Assembly (NCBI GenBank): GCA_043721855.1
Contig: JAYSPY010000002.1
Coordinates: 8,434 to 72,433, forward strand
Source of the DNA: Pseudorhodobacter sp.
GTDB taxonomy: Bacteria > Pseudomonadota > Alphaproteobacteria > Rhodobacterales > Rhodobacteraceae
Length of the DNA stretch: 64,000 bases
Reading direction: 5' to 3'
The position numbers were made by a program, and so were the translations under genes. How positions within the stretch are numbered: position 1 is the first letter of the stretch; each line of letters begins with the position of its first letter. Positions 48,608-56,903 of this stretch are shown here, one piece after another. The notes below the pieces were generated by a model. It did no database searches. It worked only from the letters and a program-made list of their open reading frames with translations, and was not told the DNA's origin.

Positions 48608-49852
48608 TCACTGTGCCGGGAACGGCAAGCCCTTGGCCGAAAAGATCGTCTCATTGCCCGGCCCCGGATCATGCGGCACCAAAAACGCCAGCGCCAGCGT
48701 CGCAAAGGCCATCACCGAGGCAAACCCGAACACCGTTTCAGGCGACCTGACCCATAAATATCCCAAAGCCGCTGGTAAAAACACCGCCGCTATATGGTTG
48801 ATGGTAAATGCCACCGCCGCCGTTGGTGCCATATCCGCCGGATCACCGATTTTCTGGAAATACGTCTTCAGACTAAACGCCATCGAGAAAAACATATGGT
48901 CCAACACATACAACGTGGCCCCGATCCCCGCCCCCCAGCCAAAACTGTAAATGCCGCCATACGCCATGAATACACAAGCCACGCCGAAATGTTCCACCAT
49001 GAACATCCGCCGCTCGCCATAGCGTGCCAGCCAACGGCCGACATAGGGGCCAATCAGCATATTCGCTAAAAAGTTGACCAAGAACAACGCGGCAATCTGG
49101 CTGACGGTAAAACCGAAATGCTCCACCATCATAAACGCCGCAAAAACCACAAAGATCTGCCGCCGCGCGCCCGCCATCAGCTGCAGCGCATAAAACAGCC
49201 AATAGCGCCGCCGCAAAACCATGGTTTTATTCTGCGGATGCGGGGCCTCGAACTGAGGGTATGCAAACAGGCAAAACACCGCAATCAAGGCCGTCAAGCT
49301 GCCAGATGCCAGATACACCTTGTTGTAATCCAATCCCAGCACATCCCAGGTCGCCACGATAATACCATACGCCACCAAAGACGCGCCAGACCCCACCGCC
49401 ACCAACCACCCCAGCATCTGCGGCGCGCGCTTGCGGTCGATCCATTGCAGTTGCAGGCTTTGGTTCACCGTTTCAAAATAATGAAACCCGATGGATGAAA
49501 ACAGCGTGACATACAAAATACCGCCAAAACTGGGAAAATATGCCGTCACCGCCGTGGCACAGCCCAGCAGGATCAGGGCAACGACCCCCAACACCTGCTC
49601 GCGGATGAACAGCAGCAGCAAAATCACCCCAATGGCCAAAAACCCCGGAATTTCCCGCACCGTATGCAGCCAGCCAATCTGGACCCCGGTAAAGCCCGCC
49701 ACCTCGATCACGAAATTGTTCAGCAGCGCTGACCAGGTTGCAAACGCAATCGGCATTGCCGCCGCCATCACGATCAAAAGGCTTTCAGGCCGCTGCCAGC
49801 GGGGCAGGCTGTCCGCCTCGGCCAAAGTCATTTTGCGCCTGAACATCTGCAA
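48608..49852 (-). CDS. MFS transporter
   Basis: Twelve hydrophobic segments, 414 aa. Confidence 0.75.
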   Translation of the reverse strand: MQMFRRKMTLAEADSLPRWQRPESLLIVMAAAMPIAFATWSALLNNFVIEVAGFTGVQIGWLHTVREIPGFLAIGVILLLLFIREQVLGVVALILLGCATAVTAYFPSFGGILYVTLFSSIGFHYFETVNQSLQLQWIDRKRAPQMLGWLVAVGSGASLVAYGIIVATWDVLGLDYNKVYLASGSLTALIAVFCLFAYPQFEAPHPQNKTMVLRRRYWLFYALQLMAGARRQIFVVFAAFMMVEHFGFTVSQIAALFLVNFLANMLIGPYVGRWLARYGERRMFMVEHFGVACVFMAYGGIYSFGWGAGIGATLYVLDHMFFSMAFSLKTYFQKIGDPADMAPTAAVAFTINHIAAVFLPAALGYLWVRSPETVFGFASVMAFATLALAFLVPHDPGPGNETIFSAKGLPFPAQ

Positions 49853-49923
49853 ACCTTATCCGCGCCTCGCATGACGGACCAGAGGTGAATTGTATCCGTC
49901 ACATTTCCCACGCAGCACTCAAT

Positions 49924-49946
49924 GCTTCCTTTTCGCACAAATACTC
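49924..49946 (+). repeat. Dispersed 23-nt intergenic motif, copy B
   Basis: GCTTCCTTTTCGCACAAATACTC. Confidence 0.6.
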
Positions 49947-49988
49947 AAAGCCTTGGTGCCCAAACGCCCCTTGCAGAACCGCGCGCTC

Positions 49989-50011
49989 CAAGATTTTTCA
50001 GAAAAATCTTG
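49989..50011. promoter_or_regulatory. Perfect 23-bp palindrome 1
   Basis: CAAGATTTTTC-A-GAAAAATCTTG. Confidence 0.6.
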
Positions 50012-50012
50012 C

Positions 50013-50035
50013 CAAAATTCTGCTGCAGAATTTTG
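50013..50035. promoter_or_regulatory. Perfect 23-bp palindrome 2
   Basis: CAAAATTCTGC-T-GCAGAATTTTG, 1 nt after palindrome 1 and 10 nt after the priA stop. Confidence 0.6.
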
Positions 50036-50044
50036 CTCTTGCCG

Positions 50045-52246
50045 TTACAAAAAACTCTGCGGATCAATATCAATCGCCAGCCTTACATCCGCCGGCAACT
50101 TGAACTGCCCGACCCATTCCGCCAGCGCCGCCTGCAAACCAGCCCCCTTTTCCGCCTTCACCAACAACCGCACCCTATGCCGCCCGCGCACGCGGGCAAT
50201 GGGTGCAGGTGCTGGCCCAAACACCTGTGCGCCGATTTTGCGCAACGGCCCGTCGCGGCGCGCCAGTTCCGCGCCAAAATCAAACACCCGCGCCACATCG
50301 GTGGACGACAGAATTATCCCCGCCATCCGGCCATAAGGCGGCACGCCGGCCATTTTGCGCTCTGCCGCCTCGGCCTTCCAGAACGCTTCCTCGTCACCAC
50401 CCAGAATTGCTCGAATGACCGGATGCTCCGGCTGATAGGTCTGCAGCACCGCCACACCGCGCTTTTCAGTGCGCCCGGCCCGCCCCGCCACTTGCCGCAT
50501 CAACTGGAACGTCCGCTCCGCCGCGCGCAGGTCCGATCCTTGCAAGCCCAGATCCGCGTCAATCACGCCGACCAGCGTCAGCAGCGGGAAATTATGTCCC
50601 TTGGCCACAATCTGCGTGCCGATGATGATGTCCGCCGCACCTTCGGCTATTGCCACGATTTGTTCTTTCAACGCCCGCGCCGACCCGAACAAATCCGATG
50701 ACAGCACTGCCACCCTCGCATCCGGGAACCGGGCTGTTACCTCCTCCGCCAACCGCTCCACCCCCGGCCCTACGGGTGCCATGCGGCCCTCTACCTTGCA
50801 CGCCGGGCAGGCCACCGGCACGGGTTTCGTCGCCCCGCATTGATGGCACACCAACCGCTTCAGAAACCGATGCTCCACCATCCGCGCATCGCAGTGGTCG
50901 CACCCCACCTGATGCCCGCAGGCCCGGCAAATGGTGACGGGCGCAAAGCCACGACGGTTCAGGAACAACAGCGCCTGCTCGCCCCGCTCCACCCGCGCCG
51001 TCACCTCGCGCGCCAGCGTTTCCGAAATCCAGCGATCCCCCGGCAGCCGTTCCTCGCGCATGTCGATCGACCGCATGGTTGGCAATTCCGCCGCCCCGAA
51101 ACGCGATCCCAGGTTCAACCGCGCGTATTTTCCCGCCTCAACATTCACCCAAGACTCCAAGCTTGGCGTGGCCGAGGCCAGCACGATCGGCGCACCAACA
51201 ATGGCCGCCCGCAACACCGCCATATCGCGGGCGTTATACAAAACGCCCTCTTCCTGCTTATAGCTTGTATCATGTTCCTCATCGACCACGATCAGCCCAA
51301 GCTGTTGAAACGGCAGGAATAACGCCGACCGCGCACCCACCACGAACTGCGCATCGCCCTGCCCCACCATCCGCCACAACCGGCGGCGTTCGGTCATCGT
51401 CACGCCGGAATGCCATTCTGCAGGTCGCGCACCAAACCGCGCCTCCACCCGTGCCAGAAATTCGGCAGTCAGCGCAATTTCGGGCAACAACACCAAAGCC
51501 TGCCGCCCCATGCGCAAACACTCGGCGACTGCCTCCAGATACACCTCGGTCTTGCCCGACCCAGTAACGCCTTTCAGCAGCGTCGCCGAATACCCCCCCA
51601 TCGCCACGGCAGCCACCAACGCATCCCCTGCCGCCACCTGATCGCCCATCAGCCGCACCGACCCCGCCGGATCAAGCCGCGCGTAAGCCAGATCGCGCGG
51701 TGCATCCTGCTCCAGCAGCACCCCTGCTTTCACCAGCCCTTTGATGACCGCAGGCCCACACCCCGCCGCCTCCGCCAGTTCCGAAATCGTCACCGTAGCA
51801 CCACCAAAACCGCGCAACGCCTCCACCACGCGGTGCCGTGCATCGGTCAAACGGTTCGGCACCACATCGCCCAGCAGCAAGACCCGGCGCATGGATGGCG
51901 GGTCGCCAAGCCCCGGCGCGCGGGTGGCAAGCCGCAGCATCGCCGACAACGGCGTCAGCGTGTAATCGGCCGCCCGCACCAAGAAACTGCGCAACTCCGC
52001 TTGCATCGGCAGCGCGTCCAAGCGGCGGTAGACGCTTCGCACCTTGGCCGGGTCATAGCCGCCAACCGCATTGCCCCAGACCACGCCCAAAACCTTGCGC
52101 GGGCCCAGCGGCACTTCGACAAAGTCGCCCGTGCCACAACCGCCTTCGGGCGCGCGGTAATCCAGCACGCGCCCCAAAGGCTCGGTCGTCAGCACGCCAA
52201 TCAACTCGCCTTGGGAATAAACCCGCTCGGACATCGCCCATCCCAC
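50045..52246 (-). CDS. priA: Primosomal replication restart helicase PriA
   Basis: LLKGVTGSGKTEVY, VVDEEHD, Cys-rich zinc insert (CRACGHQVGCDHCD...CHQCG...CPACK), QVAGRAGR. Confidence 0.95.
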   Translation of the reverse strand: MGWAMSERVYSQGELIGVLTTEPLGRVLDYRAPEGGCGTGDFVEVPLGPRKVLGVVWGNAVGGYDPAKVRSVYRRLDALPMQAELRSFLVRAADYTLTPLSAMLRLATRAPGLGDPPSMRRVLLLGDVVPNRLTDARHRVVEALRGFGGATVTISELAEAAGCGPAVIKGLVKAGVLLEQDAPRDLAYARLDPAGSVRLMGDQVAAGDALVAAVAMGGYSATLLKGVTGSGKTEVYLEAVAECLRMGRQALVLLPEIALTAEFLARVEARFGARPAEWHSGVTMTERRRLWRMVGQGDAQFVVGARSALFLPFQQLGLIVVDEEHDTSYKQEEGVLYNARDMAVLRAAIVGAPIVLASATPSLESWVNVEAGKYARLNLGSRFGAAELPTMRSIDMREERLPGDRWISETLAREVTARVERGEQALLFLNRRGFAPVTICRACGHQVGCDHCDARMVEHRFLKRLVCHQCGATKPVPVACPACKVEGRMAPVGPGVERLAEEVTARFPDARVAVLSSDLFGSARALKEQIVAIAEGAADIIIGTQIVAKGHNFPLLTLVGVIDADLGLQGSDLRAAERTFQLMRQVAGRAGRTEKRGVAVLQTYQPEHPVIRAILGGDEEAFWKAEAAERKMAGVPPYGRMAGIILSSTDVARVFDFGAELARRDGPLRKIGAQVFGPAPAPIARVRGRHRVRLLVKAEKGAGLQAALAEWVGQFKLPADVRLAIDIDPQSFL

Positions 52247-52335
52247 CTGCGACCTTTCGCTAGGCCGTCACTTGGGGTAAACTCTGCCCCAAGCACCTGC
52301 AACCCCGATCCGCCACCACATAAGGACGCCGCCCC

Positions 52336-52989
52336 ATGAAATTCTTTGTCGATACCGCCGATGTAGACGCTATTGCCGAGCTGAACGACCTTGGCATGGT
52401 GGACGGCGTCACCACCAACCCGTCGCTGATCCTGAAATCGGGCCGCGACATCATCGAAGTCACCAAAGAAATCTGCGGCATCGTCTCCGGCCCGGTATCC
52501 GCCGAAGTGGTGGCGCTCAAGTTTGATGACATGCTGGCCGAGGGGCGCAAACTGGCCGCCATAGCGCCAAACATTGCCGTAAAAGTGCCGCTGACATGGG
52601 ATGGCCTGAAAACCTGCAAAGTCCTGTCCGGCGAAGGCTTCATGGTCAACGTCACGCTGTGCTTTTCCGTCAACCAGGCCCTGATCGCCGCCAAGGCCGG
52701 GGCCACCTTCATCAGCCCCTTCATTGGCCGTCTGGATGATATCAACCTCGATGGCCTTGATCTGATCGGTGATATCCGCACGGTTTATGACAACTACGAT
52801 TTCAAGACGCAGATCCTTGCAGCCTCCATCCGCACCGCCAACCATGTCAAGGATTGCGCGCTGATCGGGGCCGATGTCATCACCGCCCCACCTTCCGTGA
52901 TCAAAGGCCTCGCCTCTCATGTATTGACCGACAAGGGGCTTGAACAGTTCCTGAAAGACTGGGCAAAAACCGGGCAGAAAATCCTCTGA
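52336..52989 (+). CDS. fsa: Fructose-6-phosphate aldolase / short (type 3B) transaldolase
   Basis: [13 protein letters not shown]...GVTTNPSL...VKVPLT...NVTLCFS...[10 protein letters not shown]. Confidence 0.9.
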   Translation: MKFFVDTADVDAIAELNDLGMVDGVTTNPSLILKSGRDIIEVTKEICGIVSGPVSAEVVALKFDDMLAEGRKLAAIAPNIAVKVPLTWDGLKTCKVLSGEGFMVNVTLCFSVNQALIAAKAGATFISPFIGRLDDINLDGLDLIGDIRTVYDNYDFKTQILAASIRTANHVKDCALIGADVITAPPSVIKGLASHVLTDKGLEQFLKDWAKTGQKIL

Positions 52990-53083
52990 AACCGTGTATA
53001 GCTTGATACAGTCGAACATGGGGCCAATGCCCGGCCCCATGCCACTGCCTCATCTCACTGGCCCGACCAAAGGCACCAAGCTT

Positions 53084-53776
53084 ATGATCGAACAAGACCT
53101 TCGCGACCGTATTCTGGCAGAACCTGAAACCCTGCTGGAAGATATCGACGTGATGAATGCGCTGATCGCGGCCAATGGGCGTGCGATGGGGGCGAACATC
53201 GTCGATCTGCGCGGCATTGCGATGGACCGGCTGGAAAACCGGCTTGACCGGCTGGAAGATACCCATCGATCCGTGATCGCTGCCGCCTATGAAAACCTTG
53301 CTGGCACCAATCAGGTCCACCGCGCCATTCTGCAAATGCTCGACCCGCTGAGTTTCGAGGATTTCCTGAAAAGCCTCGGCGCAGAAGTGGCCCAAACCCT
53401 GCGCGTCGATTGCCTGCGGCTTGTGTTGGAATCGGTGCAAAGTGCGGATGATCCGGCCCTGCGCAAATTGGGCGATGTGCTGTTTGTGGCCGAACCGGGC
53501 TTTATCGCGGGCTACATCGCCGGGGGCCGCAATGTGCCGCTGCGCCCTGTGACCTTGCGCCAGACCATCCCAAGTTCTGATGCGATCTACGGTGAACGCG
53601 CGGGCTGGATCAGGTCGGAAGCGCTGCTGCGCCTTGATTTCGGCAAGGGCCGCCTGCCGGGCATGTTTGTGCTGGGCGCTGAAGACCCGCATCAGTTCAA
53701 GCCCACCCAAGGCACCGACCTGCTGGCCTTCTTTGCCGGGATATTCGAGCGCACGATGCGCCGCTGGCTGTCGTGA
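53084..53776 (+). CDS. DUF484 family protein
   Basis: MIEQDLRDRILAEPETLLED... typical DUF484 N-terminus. 4-nt overlap with xerC, the usual arrangement. Start trimmed from 52994. Confidence 0.75.
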   Translation: MIEQDLRDRILAEPETLLEDIDVMNALIAANGRAMGANIVDLRGIAMDRLENRLDRLEDTHRSVIAAAYENLAGTNQVHRAILQMLDPLSFEDFLKSLGAEVAQTLRVDCLRLVLESVQSADDPALRKLGDVLFVAEPGFIAGYIAGGRNVPLRPVTLRQTIPSSDAIYGERAGWIRSEALLRLDFGKGRLPGMFVLGAEDPHQFKPTQGTDLLAFFAGIFERTMRRWLS

Positions 53777-54729
53777 ACAAGGCGGGCTTGAGCAAGGCGG
53801 GCCTGAACGGTCTTGCCCTTTCCCCCGCCCTGCGCGATGCGCTGTCGACCTGGCTGACCCATATCAAGGCGCTGGACGGCGTGGCTGCAAACACCGTTAC
53901 CGCCTATGCGCATGATGTGGGCGGGTTTCTTGATTTTATCGCACGTCATCGCGGCACCACCGAAGGGCTGGCCGCCTATGCCGTCATCCCGCAAACCGAC
54001 CTGCGCGCCTGGATGGCCCATACCCGCGCGCGCGGTGTTTCCGCCCGCTCGCTGGCCCGCGCGCTATCGGCGGTCAAGAATTTCACCGCATGGCTGGCCG
54101 ACCGTGAAGGCGCGGATGCCACTACGCTTTTGTCCGCGCGCGGCCCGAAATTCCGGCGTAAACTGCCCCGCCCACTGGATAAAGACGCCGCAAGACAAGT
54201 GATCGACACCATCGGCGACAACGCCCGCATTGATTGGATCGGTGCGCGTGATACCGCCGTTGTCACCTTGCTATATGGCTGCGGTTTGCGCATATCCGAA
54301 GCGTTGGGGCTAACCGGATCAGCCCAACCGCTGCCCGAAGTTATCCGCATCAAAGGCAAAGGCGGCAAGGAACGCCTGGTCCCCGTGTTGCCCGCCGCCC
54401 GCGAGGCCGTGGCGAAATACGTAAAACTATGCCCGTTTGATCTGGGCCCCGATGAACCCCTGTTTCGCGGCGCGCGTGGTGGCGCGCTGAACGCCCGCCT
54501 CATCGCCCTTGTGATGGAAAAGACCCGCGCGCAGATGGGCCTGCCCGCCACCGCCACGCCCCACGCGCTGCGCCATTCCTTCGCCACCCACCTTTTGGCC
54601 GCTGGAGGCGATCTGCGCGCTATCCAAGAATTGCTGGGCCACGCATCGCTGTCCACCACCCAAGCCTATACCGCCGTCGATGCCGCACGGCTGATGGAAG
54701 TTTATGACCGCGCCCATCCGCGCGCATAG
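53773..54729 (+). CDS. xerC: Tyrosine recombinase XerC
   Basis: RDTAVVTLLYGCGLRISEAL, HALRHSFATHLL, LGHASLSTTQAYT (R-H-R-Y catalytic set). Confidence 0.9.
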   Translation: MNKAGLSKAGLNGLALSPALRDALSTWLTHIKALDGVAANTVTAYAHDVGGFLDFIARHRGTTEGLAAYAVIPQTDLRAWMAHTRARGVSARSLARALSAVKNFTAWLADREGADATTLLSARGPKFRRKLPRPLDKDAARQVIDTIGDNARIDWIGARDTAVVTLLYGCGLRISEALGLTGSAQPLPEVIRIKGKGGKERLVPVLPAAREAVAKYVKLCPFDLGPDEPLFRGARGGALNARLIALVMEKTRAQMGLPATATPHALRHSFATHLLAAGGDLRAIQELLGHASLSTTQAYTAVDAARLMEVYDRAHPRA

Positions 54730-54778
54730 CGGCCCGCCAAAGGTTGATTTAGCCCCCAAAATAGGCCATTACTTCACC

Positions 54779-55486
54779 ATGAACGACCGCGTTAAAGCCC
54801 TGTCCGTCCACTTGCTTACCGCCACAGGCGCGGTATTGGCCATGCTGGCCATGCTGGCCGCTGTCAACGAAAAATGGGATTTGATGTTTCTGTGGCTGGT
54901 GGTCGCGCTGATCGTCGATGGCCTTGATGGCCCGCTTGCGCGCCGCTTTGATGTCGAGAAAAACTGGCCTACTTATGACGGTGTGTTGATGGATCTGATC
55001 ATCGACTATCTGACCTATGTGTTCATCCCGGCCTTTGCTTTGTTTCAATCGGGCTTGCTGTCCGGTTGGCCCGGATGGCTTGCCATTATTGTCATTGTCT
55101 ACGGATCGGTCGTCTATTTTGCCGATACCCGCATGAAAACAAAAGACAAATCCTTCGCAGGTTTCCCTGCGTGCTGGAATATGGTGGTGCTTGTGCTATT
55201 CGCCCTGCAACCATCCCATTTTGTGACCTTGTTCATCGTCGTGGCGCTTACCCTGACGATGTTCACCAACCTGAAATTCATTCATCCGGTTCGCACTGAA
55301 CGCTGGCGCAACATGACTCTGCCGATGGCCCTGGCTTGGGTCGTGTTTGCAGGCTGGGCCGCTTGGGTGGATTTCCATCCCAATACTTGGGCACATTGGG
55401 GACTTGTGATCAGCTCGCTCTATCTCGCTTGTGCGGGCATCGCCCAACAAATCGTGCCTGAACGCAAGACGCGCATTGGCAGCTAA
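54779..55486 (+). CDS. pcs: Phosphatidylcholine synthase (CDP-alcohol phosphatidyltransferase)
   Basis: VHLLTATGAVLAMLA...VVALIVDGLDGPLARRFDV...DLIIDYLTYV. Start trimmed to MNDRVKA (54779). Confidence 0.8.
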   Translation: MNDRVKALSVHLLTATGAVLAMLAMLAAVNEKWDLMFLWLVVALIVDGLDGPLARRFDVEKNWPTYDGVLMDLIIDYLTYVFIPAFALFQSGLLSGWPGWLAIIVIVYGSVVYFADTRMKTKDKSFAGFPACWNMVVLVLFALQPSHFVTLFIVVALTLTMFTNLKFIHPVRTERWRNMTLPMALAWVVFAGWAAWVDFHPNTWAHWGLVISSLYLACAGIAQQIVPERKTRIGS

Positions 55487-55495
55487 AGCCTGCCT

Positions 55496-56344
55496 TCACA
55501 GCCGCGTCAGAACAACCCCAGCCACGATAATGACTGCGGCCAGCCCCTTGTCGCGGGTCATCTTTTCGCCGAAGACCAACCACCCGATCAGCACCGCAAA
55601 CAAGATCGAGGTTTCGCGCAGCGCTGCCACCACCGCAATCGGCGCAACCGTCATGGCCCAAACCGCTATCGCATAGGCCGCAAACGAACAGACCCCCGCC
55701 AGCAATCCCACGCCCCAGGCGCGCGGTGGCGCGCGCAGCACCGCGGTGCCCTGCACAGCCATCGCCAATGGCACGTAAAACACCGCCGACACCATCATCA
55801 CCCAAGCCACATACAGCACCGCATCCCCCGACGCCCGCGCGCCCATGCCGTCTGTTATTGTATAACCCGCCGTCGCCACCGCCGATCCAAAGGCAAAAGG
55901 CAGCATCTTTCGCTGCTCGCCTTGGATGAAAACGCCCCGCGCGATCACCAAAATCCCCGCCCCGAGAATCAAAATGCCAATCACCTCAACCAAGGTTATA
56001 TTGTCTGCCAACACAAATGCGCTGACCAGCAGCACAAGCATCGGTGCCGCCCCGCGCGCAATCGGGTAGGCCCGGCTCAGGTCACCATGTTCATAAGCAT
56101 ATGACAAAAAAATCTGGTAAAACATATGGATAAGGCCAGACCAAAGCAACCAGACCCACGCCCCTTGCACCGGAACGCCGTGCAAAACTGCCACAAAAAG
56201 CCCGCACAGCGCCTGACAAAGCCCCAGGATCACCATCGCCGATTGTTTCGACGCACCAGTTTTGATCAGCGCATTCCAAAGCGCGTGCAAGAACGCCGCC
56301 CCCAGAACCGCTAAAAACACCCCGATGCTCATGCTCCGTTCCAT
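55496..56344 (-). CDS. DMT-superfamily (EamA-like) transporter
   Basis: Ten TM pattern. Start at 56344 or 56332 (ORF track 56383). Confidence 0.75.
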   Translation of the reverse strand: MERSMSIGVFLAVLGAAFLHALWNALIKTGASKQSAMVILGLCQALCGLFVAVLHGVPVQGAWVWLLWSGLIHMFYQIFLSYAYEHGDLSRAYPIARGAAPMLVLLVSAFVLADNITLVEVIGILILGAGILVIARGVFIQGEQRKMLPFAFGSAVATAGYTITDGMGARASGDAVLYVAWVMMVSAVFYVPLAMAVQGTAVLRAPPRAWGVGLLAGVCSFAAYAIAVWAMTVAPIAVVAALRETSILFAVLIGWLVFGEKMTRDKGLAAVIIVAGVVLTRL

Positions 56345-56389
56345 CTTTTTGGCGACACTGGCATCACGCAAGCAGACCCTCAAGCCACC

Positions 56390-56832
56390 TCAAATCAACA
56401 GCGAAGCCGCCCCATCCAGCCGCAGCAAAGCGACCTTCGTCTCCACCCCGCCCGCGCCAGAATAACCGCCCAAGCCCGTGGTGCCCAACACCCGGTGACA
56501 GGGGATCAAAATCAGCAAAGCAGTCGCCCCGCAAGCCTGCCCGATGGCCGCGCAGGAATGCCCAGTTCGCGTGACACATCACCATAAGTCCGGGTTTCAC
56601 CGTAAGGAATAGCCACCATCGCGCGGCGCACATCGCGTTGCAGGCCGGTGCCAAAATCCAGCGGCAGATCAAAGCCTTGCCGCTTGCCCGCAAAATACTC
56701 CGCCAACTGGTCACAGGCGGCATGTAGCAGCGCTGAAGTCTCGCCAGTCTCTCCCCCGCGCCGCCGTTCCAGCGCAGTGATCATCCCGCCCGCCTCGGCC
56801 ATCGTCAGCCACCCCAACGGCGACAGACACAC
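56390..56832 (-). pseudogene. ogt: Methylated-DNA--protein-cysteine methyltransferase (Ogt-type) interrupted by a 1-nt frameshift
   Basis: Frame A from GTG 56832 gives CLSPLGWLTMAEAGGMITAL...IPYGETRTYGDVSRELGIPAR, then junk and a TGA. Shifting one frame at ~56547-56550 gives AIGQACGATALLILIPCHRVLGTTGLGGYSGAGGVETKVALLRLDGAASLLI* (PCHRV active site). Observed GCGCGGCCATC versus the GCGCGGGCCATC needed for continuity. Confidence 0.65.
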
Positions 56833-56842
56833 AACCCGCCCC

Positions 56843-56865
56843 GTAGGATGGGCAATCTGCCCATC
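56843..56865 (+). repeat. REP-like element, short form
   Basis: GTAGGATGGGCA-ATC-TGCCCATC, between the ileS stop (56904) and the ogt start (56832). Confidence 0.8.
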
Positions 56866-56903
56866 TCCTATCTGCCCTTCCACCTGCTGGGGAACCCCAA
56901 CCA

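Noticed and set aside
53773-54729. xerC considered as a mobile-element integrase, and a search for a nearby dif site.
   Set aside because: The DUF484-xerC pairing is the standard chromosomal arrangement. No AT-rich 28-bp dif-like palindrome was seen nearby, and the flanking genes are housekeeping.
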